DNA of 64,000 nucleotides. Source: Acidobacteriota bacterium (GTDB lineage Bacteria; Acidobacteriota; CAIWXX01). The stretch lies in the NCBI GenBank assembly GCA_040755995.1, contig JBFMAF010000012.1, positions 18,500 through 82,499 of the forward strand, written 5' to 3'. Position 1 is the stretch's first letter; each line of letters starts with the position of its first letter. Made by a program: the position numbers and the translations under genes. The notes below the pieces were generated by a model. That model was given only the letters and a program-made list of their open reading frames with translations, did no database searches and was not told where the DNA came from. Of the stretch, positions 47,434 through 58,504 are shown piece by piece.

Positions 47434-49545
47434 ATGCGAACGATTCCGGTGTTTTGCGGCAAGGACTGTGGCGGCAAGGCGTGCCCGCTTTTGGCGACGA
47501 TCGAGGACGGGCGTGTCGTCAGGATCGCGAACAATCCGGCGGGTGGAAAATACCTGACCGGCTGCGCGCGCGGCTTCAATTTGGCCAAGGAACTGTACGC
47601 TTCCGAGCGGCTTCTCAAGCCGCTCATCCGGACTGGGGACCGTGGAAGCGGCGCTTTTCGGGAGGCTTCTTGGGATGAGGCGCTCGCCTTGGTCGCGGCG
47701 CGGCTTGGGGACATACGGTCGATATACGGGAACTCGTCGATACTGAACCTGGCGAGCGCCGGGCAGACGAGCGCGCTGCACGGCACGCAGTCTCTGCTCG
47801 CGCGTTTCCTCAACCTTGGAGGCGGAGCGACTACGCTTTCCAGCAACTACAGCAACGGGGCAGCCAGGTTCGCGCTGCCGTATGTGTTGGGTTCCGATTG
47901 GACGCGCTCGGGTTTCGACGCCTCAACGATGCGTTATTCTGAAATGATTATCCTCTGGGGCGCGAACGTCCTTGAGGCGCGGCTCGGCACGGAAGTTGAC
48001 CGCAGGCTTGTTGAAGCGAAGGAACGCGGCGCGCGGATCGTCGCGATCGACCCGCGCCGGTCCACGACCATCAAGCGTCTGGGCGCGCGGTGGCTGCCGA
48101 TTCGGCCGGGAACCGACGCGGCCCTCATGCTCGCGGTTCTGCATGTTTTGTTCGCTGAAGGCCTTGCCGATCGCTCGTGCATCGAAAAATATTCCGTCGG
48201 TTTCAATAGACTGGAGGATTACGTTATGGGAAAGGCCGGTGGGGAGGTCCGTTCTCCGCGCTGGGCTTCCGGCGTTTGCGGTTTGGATGAGGAAACGATC
48301 ATCGATTTCGCGCGGGAATACCCGACGGCGAAACCCTCGCTGCTTTTTCCCGGTTATTCCATCCAGCGGGTTTACGCGGGAGAGGACGTTTTCCGTCTGA
48401 CGGTGGCGCTGCAGTTGGCGACGGGCAATTTCGGCCTTCTCGGCGGGTCTACCGGGTCTTTGAACAACCGGCAAGCTACGCCGAAAGTGGGTATTCTGAG
48501 CGTCCCTGCGCTTCCCTCCCAGCCCTCCGTTCCCGTTGTCCGCTGGCCCGACCTGGTTTTGGAGGGAAAGGCGGGGGACTACCCATCGGACATCAGGGCA
48601 ATTTATTCGATAGGCGGGAATTTTCTCAACCAGGGCTGCGACGCGCGGAAGGGGGTTGCCGCTTTCAAGAAGGTCGACTTCATCGCCAGTCACGAGCTTT
48701 TTATGACCCCCACGGCTCGTTATTCCGACGTGGTTTTGCCCGCCGCGCACTCCTTGGAAAAAGAGGATATCGGAATTCCTTGGGACGGTAACTTCCTGAG
48801 CTACAAGGCGCGGGCGGTCCCCCCGGCGGGAGAATCGCGAACCGACTACGATATTCTCGCCGATCTTGCCGAGCGTATGGGTTTCGGCGGCGAGTTCACC
48901 GAGGAGCGGGACGCGGATGCTTGGCTGAGGCGTTTTCTGGACGAGTCTGAAATTGAGGATATCGATGAGTTCCGCCGAACCGGCGTCTATTTCGGGCGAG
49001 AGCGCGACCGTACGGGACTTGCCGCCTTCGTATCCGATCCGGTCGGAAAGCCGCTTTCGACCCCGTCGGGGAAAGTGGAAATTTCAAGCGAGAAGTATCA
49101 CGCGGAAACCGGATTCCCGGAAATTCCGATGTGGCGGGAAACGCCGGCCGATCCCCGTTATCCCTTGGCGCTGTTGACTCCGAAATCGCCCTATCGGACG
49201 CACTCTCAGGGGCACGGCGTGGCCGAACTGCGGGCAAAGGTATCCCATGCGCTTTCCATGCATCCGACGGACGCGGCGGTACGCGGTCTTTCAGACGGCG
49301 ATACCGTCCGCGTATTCAATGACCGCGGAGCCCTCCGTGTCGCGCTCAGGTTTGATGAGGATATTTCAACGGGAACCGTGTGTTTGAGCGAAGGCGTCTG
49401 GTTCGATTTGGACGCTTCCGGGGAAGACTGCGCCGGCTCGGCCAACATGCTGACTTCCACCGAGGGAACGATGCCTGCCATCGCCAATGTGATGCACGGC
49501 ATACGCGTCCAGGTTGAGTTTTCCGTTCAGGATTCTGACAAATAA
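47434..49545 (+). CDS. molybdopterin oxidoreductase catalytic subunit (DMSO-reductase family, DmsA-like), no Tat signal
   Basis: CGKDCGGKAC...C Fe-S motif, RLLKPLIRTG-x-RG, WGAN, IDPR, IRPGTDAAL, SDVVLPA, TPSGKVEI, RTHSQ, MHPTDA. Confidence 0.92.
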   Translation: MRTIPVFCGKDCGGKACPLLATIEDGRVVRIANNPAGGKYLTGCARGFNLAKELYASERLLKPLIRTGDRGSGAFREASWDEALALVAARLGDIRSIYGNSSILNLASAGQTSALHGTQSLLARFLNLGGGATTLSSNYSNGAARFALPYVLGSDWTRSGFDASTMRYSEMIILWGANVLEARLGTEVDRRLVEAKERGARIVAIDPRRSTTIKRLGARWLPIRPGTDAALMLAVLHVLFAEGLADRSCIEKYSVGFNRLEDYVMGKAGGEVRSPRWASGVCGLDEETIIDFAREYPTAKPSLLFPGYSIQRVYAGEDVFRLTVALQLATGNFGLLGGSTGSLNNRQATPKVGILSVPALPSQPSVPVVRWPDLVLEGKAGDYPSDIRAIYSIGGNFLNQGCDARKGVAAFKKVDFIASHELFMTPTARYSDVVLPAAHSLEKEDIGIPWDGNFLSYKARAVPPAGESRTDYDILADLAERMGFGGEFTEERDADAWLRRFLDESEIEDIDEFRRTGVYFGRERDRTGLAAFVSDPVGKPLSTPSGKVEISSEKYHAETGFPEIPMWRETPADPRYPLALLTPKSPYRTHSQGHGVAELRAKVSHALSMHPTDAAVRGLSDGDTVRVFNDRGALRVALRFDEDISTGTVCLSEGVWFDLDASGEDCAGSANMLTSTEGTMPAIANVMHGIRVQVEFSVQDSDK

Positions 49546-50489
49546 CGATCGATGTCTTCAGGGGTGTTGAGGTTTCTGATGCCGTTCGGCAGTCCCACGT
49601 CGACAAGAAGCGTTCGGACTCAGGGAAATATCGAGGCTCTTCGGCAGAATTTGTGCGTTAGATTGTGCAGGGGCGATCGCCCGTGAACCTGCAGTCCTTG
49701 TATTGACTGGTGCGGTGCTCCGGCAAGGTGTGCCTGGTGGGGCTATCGCCCACAACCAGTCCGTGCCATGCCTCTGCCTGGCTCTCTCCGGCCAGGGCAA
49801 GAGATGAGCAGACGATGGAGCGAGCAAGAGACGGAGGCGTAGGAGCGCACCGATCCGATCGGAGTCATGCCAACGGCGGCCCCACGCGGCTTCCAGCCGC
49901 TATACTGGGGCTTCGCCCCAGACCCGTGCGCAGGATCAGTCGTCGAAACCGGGAGTGTGTGGGGTAATTTCGATGGTTTTTCGTCCGATTTATCTTGCGC
50001 CAGTGCAACGCACTTCTCAGCAGAGCCGAAAAGCACGACTCACGGCGCATGGGCACGCCCGCGCAGTCGCAATCCCGTCCAGCGGCTTTTAATCGATTGA
50101 GAACGGCGTCCAGAATTGCAGAGGTGTCTTAAGTTTCATAGGGAGCATATTCGATCAAGACCTCCTTGATAATGCAAGCAAATTCTCTATTCTCCTCACC
50201 ACCCGCGTGAGCCAATAGAACGGCTACGGAATCAGTCGCGCGCCCCAGATCCCTCCAAACCCCACCGCCTTAGCCGCGGATCGGGGAGACGGAAGCCCCC
50301 CTAGCGATGTCCACGAAGCAAGATGACCCCCGCCAGCCGCCGTTCGGCCCACACCAAGCTTCATACCGGCTGAGACACGGCCCCACTTTCGGCTCCGCCT
50401 TCCGGCGTCCGACTCAGTGGCCGTTCGGTCACAACCTTCCCACCCTTCGGCCTTCGATCCCGGGCAACGGCGTATGAAGCCGCGATAGA

Positions 50490-51395
50490 CTACAATCCGA
50501 GCCTGTCCAGGATCGGCTCCTCGTATTGGCTGTCCTCGCCCGGATAGCGCAATCCTTGTACACCCTTCTCCTTCGCCAATTCCCAGATGATGCTTTCACC
50601 CGCAGGCAACACGTTCGGCTCCATCACATAGACAGGATCCTGGAAGGCCACCTGTGCATCAATCACGCGCCAGCCTTTCTCCCGGAACATGCGGATGGCG
50701 TCTCCAAGGAAGAGGGCATTGATGAGACTGTGATGCATTAGCAGCACATGCTTGACCGATCGGCCCATGACGGTCTTGGAAAGGGCATCGTAGTAGCAGG
50801 CACGATCATATAGATGATCCATATACGCCTTGCGATACGGCGCGATATCCGCTGTAGGATCGGAAGCCAGCCGTTTGTACAGTCGCTCGTTGTAGTACCA
50901 ATCGCTGGCATCGACCGAAACCGGTCCGGGCTTGTATCCGATCAATTTCATGAAGGCTCTGAACCCATCCCGCTTCTCCGCCGTTTCGCCTTCCTTCAGA
51001 TAAGGGAATCGGAAGAGCTTGGCATAGCCGGGCATGGTCTTGATGACAGCGTCGCACCCCAGGAGCTGATCACCCAGATCCTTGACGCTGACTTTGGAAC
51101 TGTTGAAGTAGGGGTGCGTCATCGTGTGGTTGCCGATCATGTGCCCTGCTTCCCCCCACCTTCGTACGAGCTCTAGCTGATTGTCGCTCGCGTTTCCTGA
51201 CTTGTAGAAGAGGGCCGCCTTGACCCCTGCCTCTCTCAGATGGGTGAGCAAGGCAGTGTTGCGCTCGGCAGGGCTCATTCGCACGGTGTCGTCCATCTTG
51301 GGACCATCGTCGAACGTAAAGGCAATGTCCTGTGCCGTCACATAGCATGCGGCTGAACTAGGAAGAAATACCGTCAGGGTCAGGAGTTTCATCAT
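50490..51395 (-). CDS. polysaccharide deacetylase (CE4/NodB)
   Basis: signal peptide; IAFTFDDGP, IGNHTMTHP, FRFPYL, SDW, VLLMHH. Confidence 0.92.
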   Translation of the reverse strand: MMKLLTLTVFLPSSAACYVTAQDIAFTFDDGPKMDDTVRMSPAERNTALLTHLREAGVKAALFYKSGNASDNQLELVRRWGEAGHMIGNHTMTHPYFNSSKVSVKDLGDQLLGCDAVIKTMPGYAKLFRFPYLKEGETAEKRDGFRAFMKLIGYKPGPVSVDASDWYYNERLYKRLASDPTADIAPYRKAYMDHLYDRACYYDALSKTVMGRSVKHVLLMHHSLINALFLGDAIRMFREKGWRVIDAQVAFQDPVYVMEPNVLPAGESIIWELAKEKGVQGLRYPGEDSQYEEPILDRLGL

Positions 51396-51812
51396 TGAAC
51401 ACCTCAGAATGGTTGACAGACTTTCGTGGCATGTCCGCCCACTCAAGTATTCGGACGTGCCGATCCTATCACAGCTATGCGATCGTCATTCCGCTTTCTC
51501 TATCAGGACGGAAGGTATTTGTTTAGCGGGGTTTCCGCCCACGGATTTCCCCAAATCCCTTGAGCATGGTCGCGATATTTGATGAACCCGATTCCACGGC
51601 ATTTGAGGGGCACTCGTATGAAAACCACTGGCTAGAGATGAAGATACCGCGACAAGGGCAAGATCGGTGCCAGGATGGCACCCGGCGCGGCATCTCAACT
51701 CCTTGAGAGGGCAGACAATTCCGCGTGCACGAAAACTGATGGCCACAGCTGCCCGCCCCTCATCTACCGTGATCAAAATGCTGGCTCTATCCCTCAATTA
51801 TTGTGAGCGTGC

Positions 51813-52120
51813 TCACATCACCGCCATTGCGATCGGCAGCTTGTAGACGCTCTGCATCGGAAACGGCTCTCCAGCGTTGAGCCCGGCACTTCCGCCGGTC
51901 TCAAGCACGACTGCAGCAATGCCAACCCTGCCTCTTGCCTCTTCGGCGATCTCCGCGAACTCCTTCTCAAGTTCAACGTCCGGCTTCAACGCGATCACCG
52001 ACAAAGGCGTCGCCGCAGCCGGCGGAAGAGGCGTCGGAAATTCGGCCGGGATATCCCTTCTTGCCCGGCAACCGGCAAAGATCGAAACGATCAAAGAGAA
52101 CAAAAGCAGCGTCGGGTAGG
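51813..52120 (-). pseudogene. N-terminal fragment of a class A beta-lactamase / serine hydrolase
   Basis: lipobox FAGC, GRVGIAA...LETG, FPMQSVYK (SxxK), then immediate stop; no in-frame ATG. Confidence 0.8.
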
Positions 52121-52650
52121 GCGGAGATAGTCAGGACAACATGGCAAATCATACTACTCCCGTACGGGCCGAGGAATCGGCTGTGCCCGTTCTATTCGAA
52201 GCCGGCAGAATCGCCATGACAAGCATCCCGCGGAGCGTTTTCGACCCGCACATCGCCCACGACGACAATTTCCAGATCCCACACCTGATCCCATCCTTTG
52301 CTTCCCTCTCCTCAGTCTGGATTTGGCCAGGCACGACTCCTGCGACTCCGCAGCAGCGCCCCATTGCCTCCGCGTGGCATGCGCGAAATGTGCCAATCCC
52401 AGCGGTCGGTGCGGACAATCGCCTGCTACCCCGGTCCCGAAGCGTTCGAGACCCGGGAATCAATGGGACGGAACTGCGAAGCCAGTGCCTACCTTCGTGT
52501 GGCTTCCCCGGGGGAGCCGGTGACAGGGAATCCCCAGAGGAGGGTGAAGATCCCCATCACATCTGCGTGAATCCACCCCGGGACGGGTGCCGCCCGGCAT
52601 CATCCGGCACAGATCACTTCAGACTCGCGTTTGCGTTTGGCGCCGACCCC

Positions 52651-52698
52651 TTGACAAGACTTGAACGATCGTTCAAGATAGTTGAATGAGCGTTCAAC
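52651..52698 (+). promoter_or_regulatory. promoter with two TetR-type operators
   Basis: TTGACA, 17 nt, CAAGAT; perfect palindrome CTTGAACGATCGTTCAAG (52660-52677); near-palindrome GTTGAATGAGCGTTCAAC (52681-52698) over the ATG. Confidence 0.85.
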
Positions 52699-53357
52699 AG
52701 AAGAACGATGGGGACAAGGGGACACGAGAACGGATCCTCGACGCCGCCTTCCGGCTCTTCCACGAACAGGGATACCACGCGACCTCGGTGGCGACGATCC
52801 TACGCGCAGCCGGGGTGAACCCCGGCAGCATGTACCACGCCTTCTTGAGCAAGGAGGCTCTGCTCGAAGACGTCCTCACCTACGCGCTCGATCTCCTCGG
52901 GCCGTCGGTGATGGAGCCGGTCGAAGCTGCAACGGGGGATCCTCTCGATCGCGTGTTCCTCCTCATGAAGCAGTACCGTGAAGGAATGGCACAGGCCGGT
53001 TGCCGTATGGGCTGCCCGATCGGCAATCTCGCCCTGGAGGTGAGCGATCATCATCCGGCGGCACGCGAGCTGATTCACCGGAACTTCGATGGCTGGACGG
53101 CTCGGGTTCAGGGGTGGCTGGATGCCGCCGGGGCCCGGCTGCCGCGGACCATCGACCGCGGGTGCTTGGCGCGGTTCGTGCTGACAGTGATGGAAGGCGG
53201 ACTGATGCAGGCACGCGCCGCCGGCAGCCCGGCACCGTTTGACGAAGCCGTCGGGCAGCTTCGCGAGCTCTTCCGGGCCCTTGAAGACAAGGCCGAGAGC
53301 GAGCGCAGTCGGCGGCGGAAGGCGCACCGCATTGTCCGGCGCAAGCGAGACGATTGA
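52686..53357 (+). CDS. TetR/AcrR family regulator
   Basis: TRERILDAAFRLFHEQGYHATSV-x-I-x-AGV-x-GSMYHAF-x-SKEAL; GCPIGNLALE. Confidence 0.95.
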   Translation: MSVQQKNDGDKGTRERILDAAFRLFHEQGYHATSVATILRAAGVNPGSMYHAFLSKEALLEDVLTYALDLLGPSVMEPVEAATGDPLDRVFLLMKQYREGMAQAGCRMGCPIGNLALEVSDHHPAARELIHRNFDGWTARVQGWLDAAGARLPRTIDRGCLARFVLTVMEGGLMQARAAGSPAPFDEAVGQLRELFRALEDKAESERSRRRKAHRIVRRKRDD

Positions 53358-53401
53358 ACCCTGCTGCGAAGAAATGAACCCATATCCTGTTTGGAGGATC
53401 T

Positions 53402-54460
53402 ATGAAGTGGACGCCGATTGCGATTCTGTTTCTCGCCTCTTGCCTGGCCGCCCAGGTGCCGTCGTCGCCTGAGCCCTCGCGGTTGCCGCCGAACCTGGAG
53501 TCGCTGGTCACGGAGGGGATCGTGACGGCACCGATTGCCGAAATCTGGCGGGTCTTCTCGACGGCGCAGGGCCACACCAAGTTGGGGGTGGCAAAGACCG
53601 AGATGGACTTCCGTCCCGGCGGCTTGATCAGGACAACGAACGACGCGTCACAGTCTCCGGATGGAGAGGCCGGGATTCAGACGGAGATCATTGCGTACGA
53701 ACCGTTGCGAATGATCGCCACTCGGATCCACAGGCCGCCCAAGGGCTTTCCGTTCACGGAAGCGTGGCGGAACGTGTGGACGGTGGTCTCTCTGGCGGAT
53801 CTTGGCGAAGCGCGGACGCTCGTGCGGGTGGCGATGATGGGGTACGGCCCGGACGCTGAGTCACGGGCGATGCGCGAGTTCTTCCGCACCAGCAACGATT
53901 GGGTACTCAGGAAGCTCCAGTCCCAGTACGGGACGACCGCCGCACCGACGGGCTCGGCGCACGCCGAAGCTCCTCTGGCTCCGATCGACGTCGAGACAGT
54001 TGTGGCGGCCGATCGCGAAACCGTCTGGCGCACATTCGCGACCTCGCAGGGATGGAAGAGCTTCTTTGGCGTGCAGGCCGACATAGGCTCACAGCCGGGT
54101 GAGCCGTTCGAGGTCTTCTTCAACCCGGAGGCTCGCCAAGGCGAGCGCGGCTCAGAGGGGTGCCGGATCCTGAGCCTGATCCCGAATGAGCTCCTGTCTT
54201 ACACGTGGAATGCGCCACCCGAGTCTCCCTTTGTCCGAGGGCTGCGCACGTGGATCGTGGTGACGTTCGAGACCCTCTCGCCGACCACGACACGCGTGCG
54301 GCTGCGGCATCTCGGGTTCGCCGAGCTCGCGGCGCGGCACGCCGACCATCGTGCCGAGATCGAGAGCGTCAGGGCCTATTTCGCGAACGCCGGGCCGCAG
54401 GTGCTGTCGGCGCTCACCGCCTATTTCACCGCCGCGCCGGCAGCGCTTCCGGACAGGTAG
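53402..54460 (+). CDS. secreted protein with two SRPBCC/AHSA1 domains
   Basis: signal peptide; two V-x-A...W-x-F-x-T-x-G...PG units with PP-x-FP and T-x-VR. Confidence 0.88.
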   Translation: MKWTPIAILFLASCLAAQVPSSPEPSRLPPNLESLVTEGIVTAPIAEIWRVFSTAQGHTKLGVAKTEMDFRPGGLIRTTNDASQSPDGEAGIQTEIIAYEPLRMIATRIHRPPKGFPFTEAWRNVWTVVSLADLGEARTLVRVAMMGYGPDAESRAMREFFRTSNDWVLRKLQSQYGTTAAPTGSAHAEAPLAPIDVETVVAADRETVWRTFATSQGWKSFFGVQADIGSQPGEPFEVFFNPEARQGERGSEGCRILSLIPNELLSYTWNAPPESPFVRGLRTWIVVTFETLSPTTTRVRLRHLGFAELAARHADHRAEIESVRAYFANAGPQVLSALTAYFTAAPAALPDR

Positions 54461-54569
54461 TCGCGCCACTCGCGCGTGCCGCCTCTCGCACGGTCTGTAG
54501 CCAGCCGTCCTCCGTCCGAGTCCGGGGCACTCGAACTCCGTCGATCCCACGACCGGATCCCGAGGGCGG

Positions 54570-54598
54570 TTGACATCCTGAGTTCTCCGACCTACTCT
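54570..54598 (+). promoter_or_regulatory. sigma70-type promoter
   Basis: TTGACA, 17 nt, TACTCT. Confidence 0.6.
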
Positions 54599-54693
54599 CA
54601 GACCATGATACCCATCGACAGTGCCGACCGAGTCACCAGGTACTGTCCCTTCAAAGAGGGGAGAAGCAGATTCATGTGCCAAGGACGCGTGCA

Positions 54694-55206
54694 ATGAGGA
54701 GTGTTGCCTTTCGGGTCGATGATCCTGAGGGTCGCATGGACTTCCTGACTCGTCTTCTTCCTGAAGCAATCGAGAACCTTGACGAGGGTACAGTCCCGAG
54801 GTGGGGCGAGATGACGGCACAACACATGGTGGAGCATCTGGTCTGGGCCTTCGGACTATCGACAGGGAAAGTCGAAGTCACTTGCGAAGTGCCCGAGAAC
54901 CAGCGAGAAGTGATGAAGGCATGGCTCTACAACAATCAGCCCAGCCCACGCGGATTCAAGAACCCGAAGCTGCCTGAGGCTCCAGGGCCTCTGAGATACT
55001 CAAGCATACGAGAGGCCAAGTCTGCCTTCATGGAGGCGCTTGACGATTTCGCTGACCGCGTGAAGACGAATTCAGGCCACATGGAGACACATCCGTTGTT
55101 TGGCGCACTGCGAATGGACGAATGGGAGCGGGTCCACTTCAAACACGGTTATCACCATCTCGTTCAATTCGGCCTTCTCGGAGATGCAGAGCAGCAGGCC
55201 GTATAA
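54694..55206 (+). CDS. DinB/DUF1569-like protein
   Basis: PRWGEMTAQHMVEHL, HPLFGAL-x-W-x-H-x-KH-x-HHL-x-QFG. Confidence 0.85.
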   Translation: MRSVAFRVDDPEGRMDFLTRLLPEAIENLDEGTVPRWGEMTAQHMVEHLVWAFGLSTGKVEVTCEVPENQREVMKAWLYNNQPSPRGFKNPKLPEAPGPLRYSSIREAKSAFMEALDDFADRVKTNSGHMETHPLFGALRMDEWERVHFKHGYHHLVQFGLLGDAEQQAV

Positions 55207-55361
55207 CACGACGATGCAGCCGTCAATCGGCCTGCCGTGATGGCGTTGAACTCGGCACGACATACAGAGACAGCCTGTTGGCGAAGAAGCAAGGGAAGAG
55301 CGTGCTCGCCGCCTGAGCGTGTCTTCACACCGATTGACAGAACCTCCATGAGAGGTTAGCG
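55201..55361 (+). repeat. degenerate attC-like hairpin
   Basis: GTATAAC contains the DinB stop codon; ATGCAGC follows; GTCAATCGG pairs with CCGATTGAC; GTTAG at the far end, but the right arm is disrupted. Confidence 0.5.
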
Positions 55362-55782
55362 TGTGAATCCGAGGCGCAAATCGAATGTATGGAAGACTGA
55401 ACCTCTTGTTCCTATGCGACAGGAATACTACGATGGTAGTAACAACCCGCCGCTGCAACTCATCTCCGGTCGGCCGTGAAAGCACGCAACATGGCAGGAA
55501 TGTAGCACCGCGGGTGTGGGGTGTCAATTTTGTGCCGGGCTCGGAACACTTGGCGCGGGAAGCTCTCCGTCATCAGGAGAAAGGGCTTGGCTGAGAGCTA
55601 TGCAGGTCCGGGTACCCTGGTGACACGTGAACGATCGGTCATCCGGTGAGGCGGCACGACACGCCGGGCGCGCCCGGCATCGGCGCACCGCCTCACAGGT
55701 CATGGACCACAGAACTGGGCGGCCGCGGCTCCCGACCGCTGTGTCTCCAGCGTTTCGGACCGGATATCAGGTGATCACCCGC

Positions 55783-58176
55783 CTATTCCCATTTCAGGGC
55801 GTCCACTGGTTTCGCAGCGGCCGCCTTGAGAACCTGCGAGCTGACGACTGTGGTTGCGGTCAGCAGCGCCACCAGGCCGCCCATCATGAAGACGTCGGCG
55901 GTGATGCGCGTCCTGAACGCGAATCCCTCCAGCCAGCGGCTCATCAGGAGGTAGCCGAGCGGCCAGGAAACGACGTTTGCGACGACCACCCACTTGGAGA
56001 ATTGGGCGGTCAACAGAAACGTGATGTGAGAGGCACCCGCCCCCAGCGCCTTCCGGATGCCGATTTCCTTTGTCCTCTGCTCGGTCACGAAGGCAGCCAA
56101 CCCGAACAACCCGAGGCATGACACGAAGACCGCCAGGATCGAGAACAGCAATACGATTCGCCCCGCCAGGCGATCCGCCTTGTAAAGCGAGTCGATCTTT
56201 TCGTCCAGGAAGGAGACATCGAAAGGCATGCCGGGTGCCAGGGAAGACCAGGTGGTCTTCATGAAATCCAGGGTCGCGATGAGATCCGTCGGCTGGATCC
56301 TGACCAGCAGATAAGGCGCAGCCGTCAGCTCGTAGAAGCTGGGCAGTACATACCCCATGCCCCGGACTTCATTGTGCAATGAGGCGAAATGGATGTCGTC
56401 CATAACGCCGATGATTGTGAACGGTTGATCCGAGTAGATGCGCATGACTTTGCCGACAGGATTCCGGATGGCGAAGTACTCGACGGCTCGCTTGCTGACC
56501 ACTGCCGCCCTGGTATCGGAGGGGAAATCCCTGGAGAAGAACCTCCCGTCCAGCATCTTGATGCCCAGGGTCTTGACGAAATCCTCATCACAAACAACGA
56601 AATCGAGGTTCAAAGGTCTCTCCGGACCCACACCCTCCACCGCGATTCCCCAATTGCTCAGCTCGTCCCCGGGCATGTCGAAGACACCAGTGGTGCTGAT
56701 GACACGAGCGTTCGAAAGCAGCTTCTGCTTGAAGGGCTCATAGGCGGATCCCAGGCTGTTGGCGTTGCGTATGACGGCGATATGATCCTTCTCGAACCCC
56801 AGCCGGAAGTTCCTGACGTATCGGAGCTGCTTGAAGATGACCAGAGACCCTATGATCAGAACGACGGACACGGAGAACTGAAAGACGACCAGTCCATTGC
56901 GCAGGAACGACGAACGGCGGCCTTTCCCCCGGAACAGGGATCCCCTCAGGGCATCCACCTGCCTGGACGAAGCGAGGGCGAATGCGGGATACAGGCCCGC
57001 CAGGATTCCGACGAGCAGAGCGAGGGCCAGCAACGCGGGAATTACGAGCGGGTTGCTGAAGAGCTTGAGGCTGAGATACTTCTCGGTGAGCTCCCGATAG
57101 AAGGGGAGGGACAGGAGGATCATGCCCACGGCTACGATCATCGCGATGAGGCTCAAGAGAACTGACTCCCCCAGGAACTGAGCGGCAAGATGCCATCTCA
57201 TGGAGCCGCAGACTTTCCTGATCCCGACCTCCTTCGCCCGCCTGGCCGAACGCGCGGTGGACAGGTTGATGAAGTTGACTCCGGCGATCAACAGGATCAG
57301 CAGGGCGGCGATCGTGAAGAGCTTGACGTACTCGATGCTGCCGTTGGGCTGGTTCCCGGTGACCAGGTCTGAATACAGATGGATCCGCTTGAGGGGCTCC
57401 AGCGACCAGATCCAGGGGATATGGGGTCTGCCACCTTCGAAGTACTTCCGGTCCAATTCCACCAGCTTTTGCTCCATCTGCTCCTCGGTCACCCCCTGGC
57501 GGAGGAGCAGGTATGTGGTCAGGTTGTTGGAGGTCCAGCCGGTGGCGTCGTACCGGCGGAAGGATGGCAGGGAAAGGAGAGCGCCGAAACAGAAATGCGA
57601 GTTGCGCGGGACGTCTTCGAGGATACCGGTGACACGGAAGGTCTTGGTCTCCATGAGTGAGATGACTTCGATGAGCTTGTCCATCGGATCCTCCGCGCCG
57701 AAGTACCTTGCGGCGACAGATCTCGTGAGGACGATGCTCTGTGGATCCCTGAGGGCCGTCCTCGGATCACCCCTCTCCAGCGGAAAGGTGAACACATCGA
57801 AGAAGGATGTCTCTGCGTAGTAGGCGTCCGTGAGCCTGAATGATTGGTTCTTGTATCTGACGATGCGTTCGGCGAGAGGGATGACCTGCGTGACCGATTC
57901 GGCCTGCGGGTACTTGTCCCTCAAGGTCCTCGCCAGTATCAGCGGTGTTCCGAGTTGATGGATAGCCGAGTCCCCCTTGTTCGACCAGTCAGCCACAACC
58001 CGGTAGATCCTGTCGGCCTTTTCATGGAAGCGGTCGAAACTCAGCTCATCAATCACGTACAGAAGGATGAGGACGCTCGCCGCAATGCCGACGGCCAGCC
58101 CAAGGATGTTGATGAGCGTGTAACCGAATTGCCTGACCAGATTCCGCACTGCAATCCTAGAATAGCTTGCCAACAT
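55783..58176 (-). CDS. MacB/FtsX-family ABC transporter permease
   Basis: INILGLAVG, DELSFDRFH, NFINLSTARS-x-RAKEVGIRKV, LVVFQF, SCLGLFGLA, RTKEIGIRKALGA; AAGGAG RBS. Confidence 0.95.
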   Translation of the reverse strand: MLASYSRIAVRNLVRQFGYTLINILGLAVGIAASVLILLYVIDELSFDRFHEKADRIYRVVADWSNKGDSAIHQLGTPLILARTLRDKYPQAESVTQVIPLAERIVRYKNQSFRLTDAYYAETSFFDVFTFPLERGDPRTALRDPQSIVLTRSVAARYFGAEDPMDKLIEVISLMETKTFRVTGILEDVPRNSHFCFGALLSLPSFRRYDATGWTSNNLTTYLLLRQGVTEEQMEQKLVELDRKYFEGGRPHIPWIWSLEPLKRIHLYSDLVTGNQPNGSIEYVKLFTIAALLILLIAGVNFINLSTARSARRAKEVGIRKVCGSMRWHLAAQFLGESVLLSLIAMIVAVGMILLSLPFYRELTEKYLSLKLFSNPLVIPALLALALLVGILAGLYPAFALASSRQVDALRGSLFRGKGRRSSFLRNGLVVFQFSVSVVLIIGSLVIFKQLRYVRNFRLGFEKDHIAVIRNANSLGSAYEPFKQKLLSNARVISTTGVFDMPGDELSNWGIAVEGVGPERPLNLDFVVCDEDFVKTLGIKMLDGRFFSRDFPSDTRAAVVSKRAVEYFAIRNPVGKVMRIYSDQPFTIIGVMDDIHFASLHNEVRGMGYVLPSFYELTAAPYLLVRIQPTDLIATLDFMKTTWSSLAPGMPFDVSFLDEKIDSLYKADRLAGRIVLLFSILAVFVSCLGLFGLAAFVTEQRTKEIGIRKALGAGASHITFLLTAQFSKWVVVANVVSWPLGYLLMSRWLEGFAFRTRITADVFMMGGLVALLTATTVVSSQVLKAAAAKPVDALKWE

Positions 58177-58504
58177 GATTGAGAACTCCTTCCAGCGAGG
58201 CGCCACCTCAGACCGATTCGCTTGCTGCGCGCCTGTACCAAGGCCGAGGGCGGATTCCTGTTCCGCGTACTGTCCGAAAGGGGCACGGGCGACTGTACGG
58301 ACGCCGATTCGGGGCCATGCACATGTCTCATCGAGACTCTCCCCTACAATTAGACTCGGTTGGCTTCGAACGGTTACGTTTGGCACTGGACAATGAGCGC
58401 CACAGGGCGGTGCACACAGCTGGCGGGGTGACGCGACAAGATCTGACTCGGGCCCATCGGCGGTGACAGCAACATGACGACGGTCAGTTTGCATTCGGAC
58501 ACCC

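Noticed and set aside
51813..52120. Functional beta-lactamase resistance gene
   Set aside because: Stops a few codons after SxxK; SDN and KTG motifs are absent.
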